In this document: positions 57,262-64,000 of the stretch, one piece after another
Layout of the letters: each line of letters starts with the position of its first letter
Position numbering within the stretch: the stretch's first letter is position 1
DNA from: Euryarchaeota archaeon UBA251
GTDB taxonomy: Archaea > Thermoplasmatota > Poseidoniia > Poseidoniales > Thalassarchaeaceae
Assembly: GCA_002497905.1 (NCBI GenBank)
Contig: DAFJ01000024.1
Coordinates: forward strand, 260-64,259
DNA: 64,000 bases
Reading direction: 5' to 3'
Position numbers and translations under genes: made by a program
The notes under the pieces: model-generated
What the model saw: only the letters and a program-made list of their open reading frames with translations
Database searches by the model: none
Told to the model about the DNA's origin: nothing

Positions 57262-59799
57262 ATGGCGAATCCGATCAAGGTCGCGAGGATTCGGGGTCGA
57301 CATCGTCGACTTATCCTCATTCAACTCGCTGTTGAGTCCGGGACAGTGACTGAGATTGCCCAGCGAGCCGGTCTTCATGTTCCTCACGTGTCGACGGAAC
57401 TCAAGCGGATGCGTCAGGAAGGACTCATTGAACTAACGGATGCTCCTGGAAGTAGAGGAGCATCTCTTGCATTAACTGCCTCTGGATTCAGTATGTTGGA
57501 GTCAGATGAGCTTTCACGGATTACTGAAGTTTTGTTCGAGGAACAGAAACCAAAATCATGTGCAGTCATCTCTATTCTTGGCCGGGATGCTCTCCTTCTT
57601 CTCTCTGATCGTGTCGAATCTTCGGTTGTACACCTTCCATTGATTGATGGTACATGGACAATCGCGGAAACCCGTGAAAGGAGTTCACGCCATTACAATC
57701 AGATGTTTGAGAGGTTGGATGCTCATTTTGAGTCCAATCCTGAACGCTTGGAAGGTTGGTTGGATGCTCGTTTCGGTCTGTTGCGGATTCGATTGTTAGA
57801 CGATGCTGTCATCAATCGTATTGCATTGAACCGTTGGGTGGAAATAGATACTGGATCTTACGATCAGGAACATCCACTGTCCGCCGACCCATCTGCTTGG
57901 CAGTTAGGAAGAGTAGGGCGCGACGGCCCTCCTGCGATGTCAGTAAACTCTGTAGTTAGTCAAGTAGCTTCTGATGAGGTGTCCATGCAACTTATTCAGA
58001 TTGCAAGTACTGGTGGTGCATTTTCAATCGGCCGTCGTCGAATACTTCAGAGGGAAAGCACACCTTTGCCCCTCGGAATTCTAACCGATTGGATAGAAAT
58101 TGTACATCCTCGCCTCCGACCTCAGGTCCGTTCCTCTCGACTTGTTGCGCTTCAAGAACACATCCTGCGTGGTCGTACCGGCGGTAGAGCCCGTCGAGTA
58201 TCAGATGCGACTCTTCGTAGATTCAAAGATGACTTTGGAGGGCGAGAATTCACAGAGGAATGGGATTATGATTACGTTACGATTAACGATCTTTCAGCGA
58301 CTGGCATTCAGTCTCTACTTATCTGGGCTCTGAATCGACCGATTTCGATGCCATTAGTCCTTGACGTTCCAACTCCTTTGCCAGATGTACTTTCTCGTAG
58401 GATTCATCGTTCTGAGGACTTACGACTTCTCATCGCACCGTGGTCCACAATCCAAATGACACGCGGCGATCGTCTCGAACATCACCCCATCCATCGTCTC
58501 CCAGATCTCCGCTGGATTCGTTCCGATGGAACCGAAGGTATCGTGCATATTGGATATGGTGCACCCTCCTTGTTTAGGCCACCTCTTGGATGGAGTGTCC
58601 CAGATAGTCCCGAGGAACTCGATGATATGTCAACTTCCTTCACTACATCCATGCGTCCTCCATTGATTGAGGATACTCTTGAGGAGCAAATCCTGTATGC
58701 TTGTTCCATTCATGGTGATGGAGACGAAAAATTCGCTAATTCGATAGAACGGGTTAACCCATTGGCAGCATGGATTGCATCGAGTGATGTGAACCGGATT
58801 GACCGTTGGCAGAGAACTCATGATCGCATGGAAAATCACTGGTCAAGTCTACTTGCAGTAAATCAGGTTCCAATCTCACGTATTCCTGAGATTATCTGGA
58901 TTACTTCGGATGAGTGGAGGTTTGCTCTTGATCAACATCTCAATGAAGTTCTCATCGTCGATGATGAGAAGCGCAGCATTATGCGTCGAATTGCGTTGTA
59001 TGCGGAGGATGAGATGACGCGTTCTTGGGCGTCAGGATGCCTTCTATCAATCGCTCAATGGTTAACGAATAATGAAGTCGCTGATTTGCTTCGATGGGGG
59101 ATCGATGCTTGGATTAAATCTCCACCCATTCGTTGTTCTGGTACTTTGTCAGGTATTGCCTATCTGCTATCGATGTATCCCGAATCTCGCAAGGGAGGTA
59201 TCGAGATAATCTCTGAATCTCTTATTCGTAGATCCTACACTCTTCCAGTCAACCATGATTTACAGACATGGAGGTTGTTAATGCATTGGAATGAATTTGG
59301 TTCTGCACCTGATACAAGGGATATCATACGCATTATCCAGCATTTACCATGGTCATGGTGGTCATCACACGCTGCCGAGGTTCTCACAATTCTTACCGAG
59401 AGTGGGGCTGGTCGTTCAGAACTGTCATGTAATCCAGCTCCTTGGCCGGCTCTTCTCTTCCAGCCCCTCGATTCTGAGATTGCTTTGCCCCTTGCTCCTC
59501 CGGGAATCCATCCAGGTTTTCGTCCAAGCCTTTCAGATAGAATTCGACGCCTACTATCGTCTACGCGCTTCGATGAAGCGGTACAGGATTCCTTGATCGA
59601 TGCGGCTCAAGCTATCGAGGATATGAGGGCGGACCGCCCCCCTCGTCCAGGCTCTACACATCGTCACGTAGGTTGGCTTTGTCGCCCAGTAGAGCAGTGG
59701 CCTTCTTCTCATCATCTAATCGATGTTGATGGTTCTCCTGCAATTATGCAATTACTTGGTAGAATGTCCGCCGGAATCCCTCAGATACCGTATCGGTGA
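57262..59799 (+). CDS. 845-aa protein with an N-terminal ArsR/TrmB-like winged HTH fused to a large Trp-rich helical domain of unknown function
   Basis: HRRLILIQLAVESGTVTEIAQRAGLHVPHVSTELKRMRQEGLIEL is a wHTH. I saw no P-loop or nuclease motif in the remainder. ATG at 57262; the track start at 57223 is TTG. Confidence 0.7.
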   Translation: MANPIKVARIRGRHRRLILIQLAVESGTVTEIAQRAGLHVPHVSTELKRMRQEGLIELTDAPGSRGASLALTASGFSMLESDELSRITEVLFEEQKPKSCAVISILGRDALLLLSDRVESSVVHLPLIDGTWTIAETRERSSRHYNQMFERLDAHFESNPERLEGWLDARFGLLRIRLLDDAVINRIALNRWVEIDTGSYDQEHPLSADPSAWQLGRVGRDGPPAMSVNSVVSQVASDEVSMQLIQIASTGGAFSIGRRRILQRESTPLPLGILTDWIEIVHPRLRPQVRSSRLVALQEHILRGRTGGRARRVSDATLRRFKDDFGGREFTEEWDYDYVTINDLSATGIQSLLIWALNRPISMPLVLDVPTPLPDVLSRRIHRSEDLRLLIAPWSTIQMTRGDRLEHHPIHRLPDLRWIRSDGTEGIVHIGYGAPSLFRPPLGWSVPDSPEELDDMSTSFTTSMRPPLIEDTLEEQILYACSIHGDGDEKFANSIERVNPLAAWIASSDVNRIDRWQRTHDRMENHWSSLLAVNQVPISRIPEIIWITSDEWRFALDQHLNEVLIVDDEKRSIMRRIALYAEDEMTRSWASGCLLSIAQWLTNNEVADLLRWGIDAWIKSPPIRCSGTLSGIAYLLSMYPESRKGGIEIISESLIRRSYTLPVNHDLQTWRLLMHWNEFGSAPDTRDIIRIIQHLPWSWWSSHAAEVLTILTESGAGRSELSCNPAPWPALLFQPLDSEIALPLAPPGIHPGFRPSLSDRIRRLLSSTRFDEAVQDSLIDAAQAIEDMRADRPPRPGSTHRHVGWLCRPVEQWPSSHHLIDVDGSPAIMQLLGRMSAGIPQIPYR

Positions 59800-59831
59800 C
59801 TTGATAACGGAACGGAGTCGGAGTATGCTTG

Positions 59832-60098
59832 CCCCGACTGCAACACCGTGCTGACGACCTCCCTCGCCGGAAGGAAGGATGACGTTCGGTACCACGTTCG
59901 GGGATTCGCCGTCGATCGAAGTTCACGGGGACCATCTGGGATGATCCGTGAGGCAAACGACGGCTGGACGGACTATGGGTCCCCGGTTGACCGAATGGGA
60001 TGATTCATGGGACAACCAATCCGTCCGACAGACGTCCTGGGGCAGGGTCAGGCCCGTGAGCTACGGCGATGAAGCGGGAAGTTACGCCCCGGGACACA
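59832..60098 (+). ncRNA. Candidate multi-hairpin H/ACA-type guide sRNA: four tandem K-turn-capped hairpins, the last two followed by ACA boxes
   Basis: Hand-folded. H3: 10-bp lower stem 60034-60043/60086-60095, pocket of 9+7 nt, upper stem 60053-60057/60073-60078, K-turn (GA 60058-59; GC-UACG-GC; bulge GAU 60068-70; GA 60071-72), ACA at 60096-98. H2: 8-bp stem 59965-72/60020-27, K-turn (GA 59989-90; CC-GAAU-GG; bulge GAU 59999-60001; GA 60002-03), ACA at 60028-30. H1 and H0 have the same architecture but no ANA box. The region is locally GC-rich and has no credible ORF. Confidence 0.55.
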
Positions 60099-60142
60099 GA
60101 CTCTGTCGGATGTTTCAATTCACTCCTCCTCTACCTAAGGCC

Positions 60143-61150
60143 ATGAGCGAACGGATTGGCCTTCTTGGTGGAACGTTCGATCGCCTCCATGTAGGCCATC
60201 ATCGCCTGATTGAAGAGGTCGCCGCTCGCTGCGATAATCTTGAGATTCATGTGACTTCAGACAGTATGGCTTCAGCAAAGGGAAATCAGGTCCAATCTTA
60301 CGACCAGCGCTTTGAATCACTTTCTACATTTATTGAACAGACTGGAGTTCAAGCTTCAGTACACATGTTAGATGATCCATTCGGACCTGCACCACATCGG
60401 GAAGATTGTGTAGTCATTGGTTGCACCTCTGAGACACTAGATGGTTGTGAGCGAATCAACGAGATGCGTCTTGAAGCGGCATTGAAACCATTGGAAATTG
60501 TGGTTGTGGCACATTTCATCGATGAAGCAGGGGAGATCCTTTCATCATCACGAATTAGGAGCGGTATAGTATCACCATCTGGGACTCTCTGGATTCAGGC
60601 ATCGGATTTCGATACTGTTCGTTATATGCCTGCAGTCCTTGATGAGGAGTTGAAGCAACCTTTGGGAACGTTGCACAAGGGTCCAGAGGATAATCCATCC
60701 ATCGCCCTTGAATCCGCTCTTTCAACTGTGAAGGATAAATCCATGATTATCGCAGTTGGGGATGTCACCGTTCTTTCTCTCGAAGAGAGTGGTCATATCC
60801 CGCGTGTTGCAGTCATTGACGGTTGTACGAAAAGGCAGGAATGGAGTCCATCATCTCGGATTACTCTTGATGAGTCTAAACGCTTCCATGCGGTCAACCC
60901 AGCAGGAACGCTAACGCGATCTATGTACGAAGCTTGTCGAGATGCCATGCATTGGGATGGACCCACGGTTATCGATGTTGAAGGAGAGGAGGATCTTTCT
61001 CCGATTCCTTTGATTCTAATCTGTCCCCTAGGTACAGTCATCATGTATGGTCAGCCAGGAGAGGGGATCGTCGTCCGTCGTGTGGATTTAGCCGCCAAAT
61101 CTAGGGCTCGCCGTTTTCTTGATGCGTTTCAGTCAACGGAGTCGAAGTGA
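60143..61150 (+). CDS. Bifunctional CoA biosynthesis protein: archaeal/eukaryotic-type phosphopantetheine adenylyltransferase fused to a DUF359-like (GTP-dependent dephospho-CoA kinase) domain
   Basis: The N-terminus GLLGGTFDRLHVGHHRLI is the cytidylyltransferase (T/H)xGH motif. The C-terminal half IIAVGDVTV..PRVAVIDGCTKR resembles DUF359. ATG at 60143; the upstream 65 codons of the track ORF overlap the RNA locus. Confidence 0.7.
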   Translation: MSERIGLLGGTFDRLHVGHHRLIEEVAARCDNLEIHVTSDSMASAKGNQVQSYDQRFESLSTFIEQTGVQASVHMLDDPFGPAPHREDCVVIGCTSETLDGCERINEMRLEAALKPLEIVVVAHFIDEAGEILSSSRIRSGIVSPSGTLWIQASDFDTVRYMPAVLDEELKQPLGTLHKGPEDNPSIALESALSTVKDKSMIIAVGDVTVLSLEESGHIPRVAVIDGCTKRQEWSPSSRITLDESKRFHAVNPAGTLTRSMYEACRDAMHWDGPTVIDVEGEEDLSPIPLILICPLGTVIMYGQPGEGIVVRRVDLAAKSRARRFLDAFQSTESK

Positions 61151-62130
61151 TGCTCATCACTATCACCGTATGTGCACGTGATGCTGAAGATTGGGTGGAT
61201 GATTGTCTTTCCTCGCTCTGTGCTCAGGATTACCGGCCATTACAGATCATAGCCGTGGATGACGGTTCAAATGATGCAACATTGGAACGGATGCAGTCAT
61301 TCATACCACCACTGGATAGTGACCTCGAACTTCTTGTTCGTAGTCAAGGAAGAGTAGGCCTATCAGCCGGTCGTAATCGTGCTGTGAACGAGGCCGCTGG
61401 TGAGTGGATTGCGATTACCGATATCGATTGCCGTCCGGATCATAACTGGATTAGTACGATGCTTACCCACTTGCCTAGCCTAGAAGGTGAGAATGTTGTC
61501 GCTTTGACGGGTCGGACTGTATTCGCTCCGGGATCAAGTCGAATTTCTCGTCTTCGTTCAGAGGCCATCGCAAAGAAGTATGCGAGTCGAGATAAAATTG
61601 TGTTACTTGCCAATGGCCCATGTTCCATGTTTCGTGCTGATATGCTTCGTTCAATTGGTGGTTTTTCACCTGATTGGTTTCATGCAGAAGATATGGAGGT
61701 CAGTATCCGGATGATCCAGAATGGAGGAACCATTCTCTATGTCTCTGAAGCGACGGTCCAACATGTGGCAGAGGAGGGCCTCTTACGATTCCTCAAGAAG
61801 AGATATCGAGATGCTCGTGCTCATTTCAGAATTGTTCGACGATATGGGTTTCGTGGAGTTAAGACACCTGAACAATTGACGATGAATCATGATTTCATCT
61901 CAGATGGTGCTATCATATCCCTCATACTTCCTATGTTGGGGTTATGGTCACTTGCTGTCAAATTGCTTTGCTACGATTACCCAACCATTGCTCTATTGGG
62001 TATATTCGTGGAAATTACCATGTTTGCTGTACCTTGGTCACGAATTCGAATCCTATGGAGTGGCGCTATCTGGCTAGGAGTTGGACAAGGCATCATAGAT
62101 GCAATTCTTGGTCGCGCAGGACACCGATAA
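61150..62130 (+). CDS. Family 2 glycosyltransferase with C-terminal TM helices
   Basis: ITVCARDAEDWVDDCLSSL..QIIAVDDGSNDAT and a DxD-like ITDID. ATG at 61150 overlaps the upstream TGA by 1 nt. Confidence 0.8.
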   Translation: MLITITVCARDAEDWVDDCLSSLCAQDYRPLQIIAVDDGSNDATLERMQSFIPPLDSDLELLVRSQGRVGLSAGRNRAVNEAAGEWIAITDIDCRPDHNWISTMLTHLPSLEGENVVALTGRTVFAPGSSRISRLRSEAIAKKYASRDKIVLLANGPCSMFRADMLRSIGGFSPDWFHAEDMEVSIRMIQNGGTILYVSEATVQHVAEEGLLRFLKKRYRDARAHFRIVRRYGFRGVKTPEQLTMNHDFISDGAIISLILPMLGLWSLAVKLLCYDYPTIALLGIFVEITMFAVPWSRIRILWSGAIWLGVGQGIIDAILGRAGHR

Positions 62131-62679
62131 TCAAGCATCTTCTGCATCAGAATCGAGGTGTGGAAGCATGATGCCGAACCCGATTAGGGGGATGGTAATT
62201 GCGTACACACCAGGGTCGACCCAAGTCATGTTCATTCCAGACCATCCGAAATAGAAGATGAGTCCAATCAAGGTCATCCAGTTACCAATCATCTTGTTGG
62301 TCCCATTACTTGCGTCAAAGAAAGGTGTCCAGCGGTCGAGGGTAAGGAAACTTTGCAACCATCCAACAAACCCATTTTCCTCAGTAGATTGCAGAATCAT
62401 GAATCCAAGACCGAGGCAGGCGAGAGCCATGGCGGTAAACACCATGTCACCTGAACTGAAGACAACTCCATCGTGAGTTACGTGTGTGTTGTCTGCAAGG
62501 TATCCATACGTGAGGAAGCCAGCCCAGACAACCTTCTGTCCCGCAGCGTATGCACCATACAGGACATTAATCACATCGACGAGCAGAGCCCAGATACCTA
62601 TACTCGTCAGAATGCGCCCAAGGGTGGGCGATTCTGGAATGAAGGAGGGGTTAACCTCGTCGACCGCATCATCCGCCAT
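62131..62679 (-). CDS. Polytopic membrane protein, unknown function
   Basis: 182 aa with 5-6 hydrophobic helices; ATG at 62679. Confidence 0.5.
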   Translation of the reverse strand: MADDAVDEVNPSFIPESPTLGRILTSIGIWALLVDVINVLYGAYAAGQKVVWAGFLTYGYLADNTHVTHDGVVFSSGDMVFTAMALACLGLGFMILQSTEENGFVGWLQSFLTLDRWTPFFDASNGTNKMIGNWMTLIGLIFYFGWSGMNMTWVDPGVYAITIPLIGFGIMLPHLDSDAEDA

Positions 62680-62730
62680 GACCGTTCGACCGGAGAGGTC
62701 GTCTTAACCGTTGCCGGATGAGACCGCGCC

Positions 62731-63969
62731 TTATCCAAGCCTTTTCTGGAGTTTGTAGGCTCCCTTAGATGCCGCTTCGAGGCCAGGATTATCTTGGGCT
62801 AGGATCTGTATTGCATCGATTCCCTTTGGGATGAGGCTATACACATGCTTCGTTCTTCCATGGCGGCCTAGGAAGACGTTTCTTACATGTGCCAGGCCAG
62901 CCGAATCAAACTCGTTGATGATTGTTGATACTCGCCGTGATGTCAATGGTCTGAAGCCCGCGCGGGAGCAAGCTTGAGTGTAGGTTTCCCAGATTGTTCC
63001 ACTATTTTGGGTATGGACACCGTTTCTCTGATTGATGAGGATAGACATCAGGATCAATTTCTGGTGCTCAGGAAGGCCTTGCATGAGCGTTATGGCGCGA
63101 TCCTGTTCCATTTGGGCTTGAGCGCTGATTACATGTTCGATATTGATGCTGTTCGCATCACCAATCTCCGCTCGTTGTGCGGATACGCGAAGAAGATCGA
63201 TTGCCCTCCTTGCATCACCATGTTCCTTAGCAACTAGGTCAGCACACAGCCTAATTCCAGATTCATCCCAGGTTCCTTCGCGAAGACCATCTTTTGCTCG
63301 GTTGATTAGAATGTCATTGACTTGGTCAGCAGTGTAGGGTATGAACACAATGTCTTCTGCTGCAAGTCGAGAACGTATGGGGCCGGTCAGTGAGTCGGTA
63401 AAAGAGAAGTCGTTACTGATTCCAATAATTGAGGCTCTTGCCGTACTCAGGAGTACGTTCAGAGTGGTTAGGTCGTAGAGCAATTGTTCCTCGGATTGTG
63501 CTGCAAGGCGATCCATTTCGTCGAGAACAATGACATGGACTCCTGATCGGCGATCCATGCGACGAACTGTTTCCTCAAGGACCCTGTCTGCAGGCCATCC
63601 AGTGAATGGAATAGTGACGTCGCCCTTCTCCCTGAGTCGGGTGGCGATACTGTGCAGTACCCTATATCGAGTGTTAGTATGCTGGGCATTCACCTCATGT
63701 GATGTCACACTACTACCGATTGCTTCTGCCCGTTCCTCAAGTTGCTGGATTACGAATCGGGCGGCTGCAGTCTTCCCCGCACCTGTCGGGCCGTAGAGAA
63801 TCATGTTACCCGGGATGTGACCTTCAAGAGCATCCGCGAGGTTGAGTACCATGGCGTGTACTTGTGCATCTCGATGACAGAGGGCAGAAGGAGAGTGGCG
63901 AGGGTCAAAGACTCGACGATCTGAGAACATTGAGTTTGAACGACTCGCCGCTTCAAAGATGTTCGTCAT
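62731..63969 (-). CDS. cdc6: Orc1/Cdc6 replication initiator
   Basis: Walker A GPTGAGKT, Walker B VIVLDEMD, and a C-terminal winged helix ..SRRVSTIINEFDSAGL... ATG at 63969; the track start at 63993 is GTG. Confidence 0.9.
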   Translation of the reverse strand: MTNIFEAASRSNSMFSDRRVFDPRHSPSALCHRDAQVHAMVLNLADALEGHIPGNMILYGPTGAGKTAAARFVIQQLEERAEAIGSSVTSHEVNAQHTNTRYRVLHSIATRLREKGDVTIPFTGWPADRVLEETVRRMDRRSGVHVIVLDEMDRLAAQSEEQLLYDLTTLNVLLSTARASIIGISNDFSFTDSLTGPIRSRLAAEDIVFIPYTADQVNDILINRAKDGLREGTWDESGIRLCADLVAKEHGDARRAIDLLRVSAQRAEIGDANSINIEHVISAQAQMEQDRAITLMQGLPEHQKLILMSILINQRNGVHTQNSGTIWETYTQACSRAGFRPLTSRRVSTIINEFDSAGLAHVRNVFLGRHGRTKHVYSLIPKGIDAIQILAQDNPGLEAASKGAYKLQKRLG

Positions 63970-64000
63970 TTCAATCACTCCAAATCCAAGCACATGTCCA

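Noticed and set aside
59851-59884. C/D-box sRNA reading of CUGA (59851-54) and GGAUGA (59877-82)
   Set aside because: There is no proper RUGAUGA box C, no second C'/D' pair and no terminal stem of the expected geometry. The same elements fit a K-turn at the top of hairpin 0.
59744-59956. 70-aa minus-strand ORF across the spacer
   Set aside because: Arg/Ser/Pro-rich shadow ORF in GC-rich RNA sequence, with no SD or promoter context.
59811-60112. SRP (7S) RNA or RNase P RNA as the identity of the ~300-nt GC-rich structured region
   Set aside because: The size and GC content fit, and GGUCAGGCCCG and CCGGAAGGAAG resemble SRP helix-8 fragments. However, the conserved GNAR-tetraloop/AGCA symmetric-loop arrangement cannot be drawn. 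The 3' part forms self-contained hairpins rather than a long helix 5. The universal RNase P P4 motif (GAGGAAAGUCC / ACAGAA..GGCUUA) is absent on both strands. The repeated K-turn plus ACA architecture explains the sequence better.
59948-60142. N-terminal 65-codon extension of the 400-aa ORF (MRQTTAGRTMGPRL...)
   Set aside because: It overlaps the structured RNA, and its composition is low-complexity and Arg/Gly/Trp-rich. The conserved nucleotidyltransferase fold begins immediately at the ATG at 60143.
62680-64000. Replication origin (ORB repeats) next to orc1/cdc6
   Set aside because: The 51-bp spacer downstream of the gene shows no ORB-like repeats, and the upstream region lies beyond the window end, so nothing can be claimed.
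1-64000. CRISPR arrays, transposases, integrases, prophage or tRNA/rRNA genes
   Set aside because: I found no tandem repeat-spacer structure, no DDE/tyrosine-recombinase-like ORF and no cloverleaf-like sequence in the few intergenic spacers. The only strong RNA-like region is 59800-60142.

Overview
Gene-dense chromosomal segment of an archaeon: about 60 genes on both strands, many with 1-4 nt start/stop overlaps. Archaeal hallmarks are Cdc48/VCP, Orc1/Cdc6, chromatin protein MC1, Bud32 kinase, archaeal-type PPAT fused to a DUF359-like domain, Lrp/AsnC regulators, a Tad-like archaeal type IV pilus assembly locus and GAGGTGAT-type Shine-Dalgarno sites. The window also holds giant anchored lectin-domain surface proteins, many acyl-CoA genes (three crotonases, 3-hydroxyacyl-CoA dehydrogenase, two aldehyde dehydrogenases), bacterial-type GlpX plus class I aldolase, and a SemiSWEET. 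This mix suggests, by inference only, a marine planktonic euryarchaeote such as Marine Group II/Poseidoniales. Housekeeping genes: sdhCAB, pyrBI, moaEC, nadA, xth, HAM1 and a ttuA-like gene. I saw no rRNA, tRNA, CRISPR array, transposase or integrase. The ORF track counts TTG/GTG as M, so several starts were moved to the nearest ATG after reading the sequence. Main observations: (1) The 343-bp GC-rich spacer 59800-60142 folds by hand into four tandem hairpins, each capped by the same K-turn module. Two of them have ACA boxes placed exactly as in archaeal H/ACA pseudouridylation guide RNAs, and the locus is masked by a spurious N-terminal extension of the downstream ORF. (2) A BoxB-like diiron acyl-CoA epoxidase sits with a crotonase and an FAD oxidoreductase inside an acyl-CoA island. 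(3) The MC1 chromatin gene has strongly deviant GC3. (4) A Roadblock protein is paired with a 1059-aa Roadblock/PATAN-like/coiled-coil protein, with no GTPase nearby. (5) A divergent winged-helix module contains a cryptic zinc-ribbon mini-ORF and an 845-aa wHTH-fused protein of unknown function. (6) A PPAT-DPCK fusion joins the last two CoA biosynthesis steps in one polypeptide.
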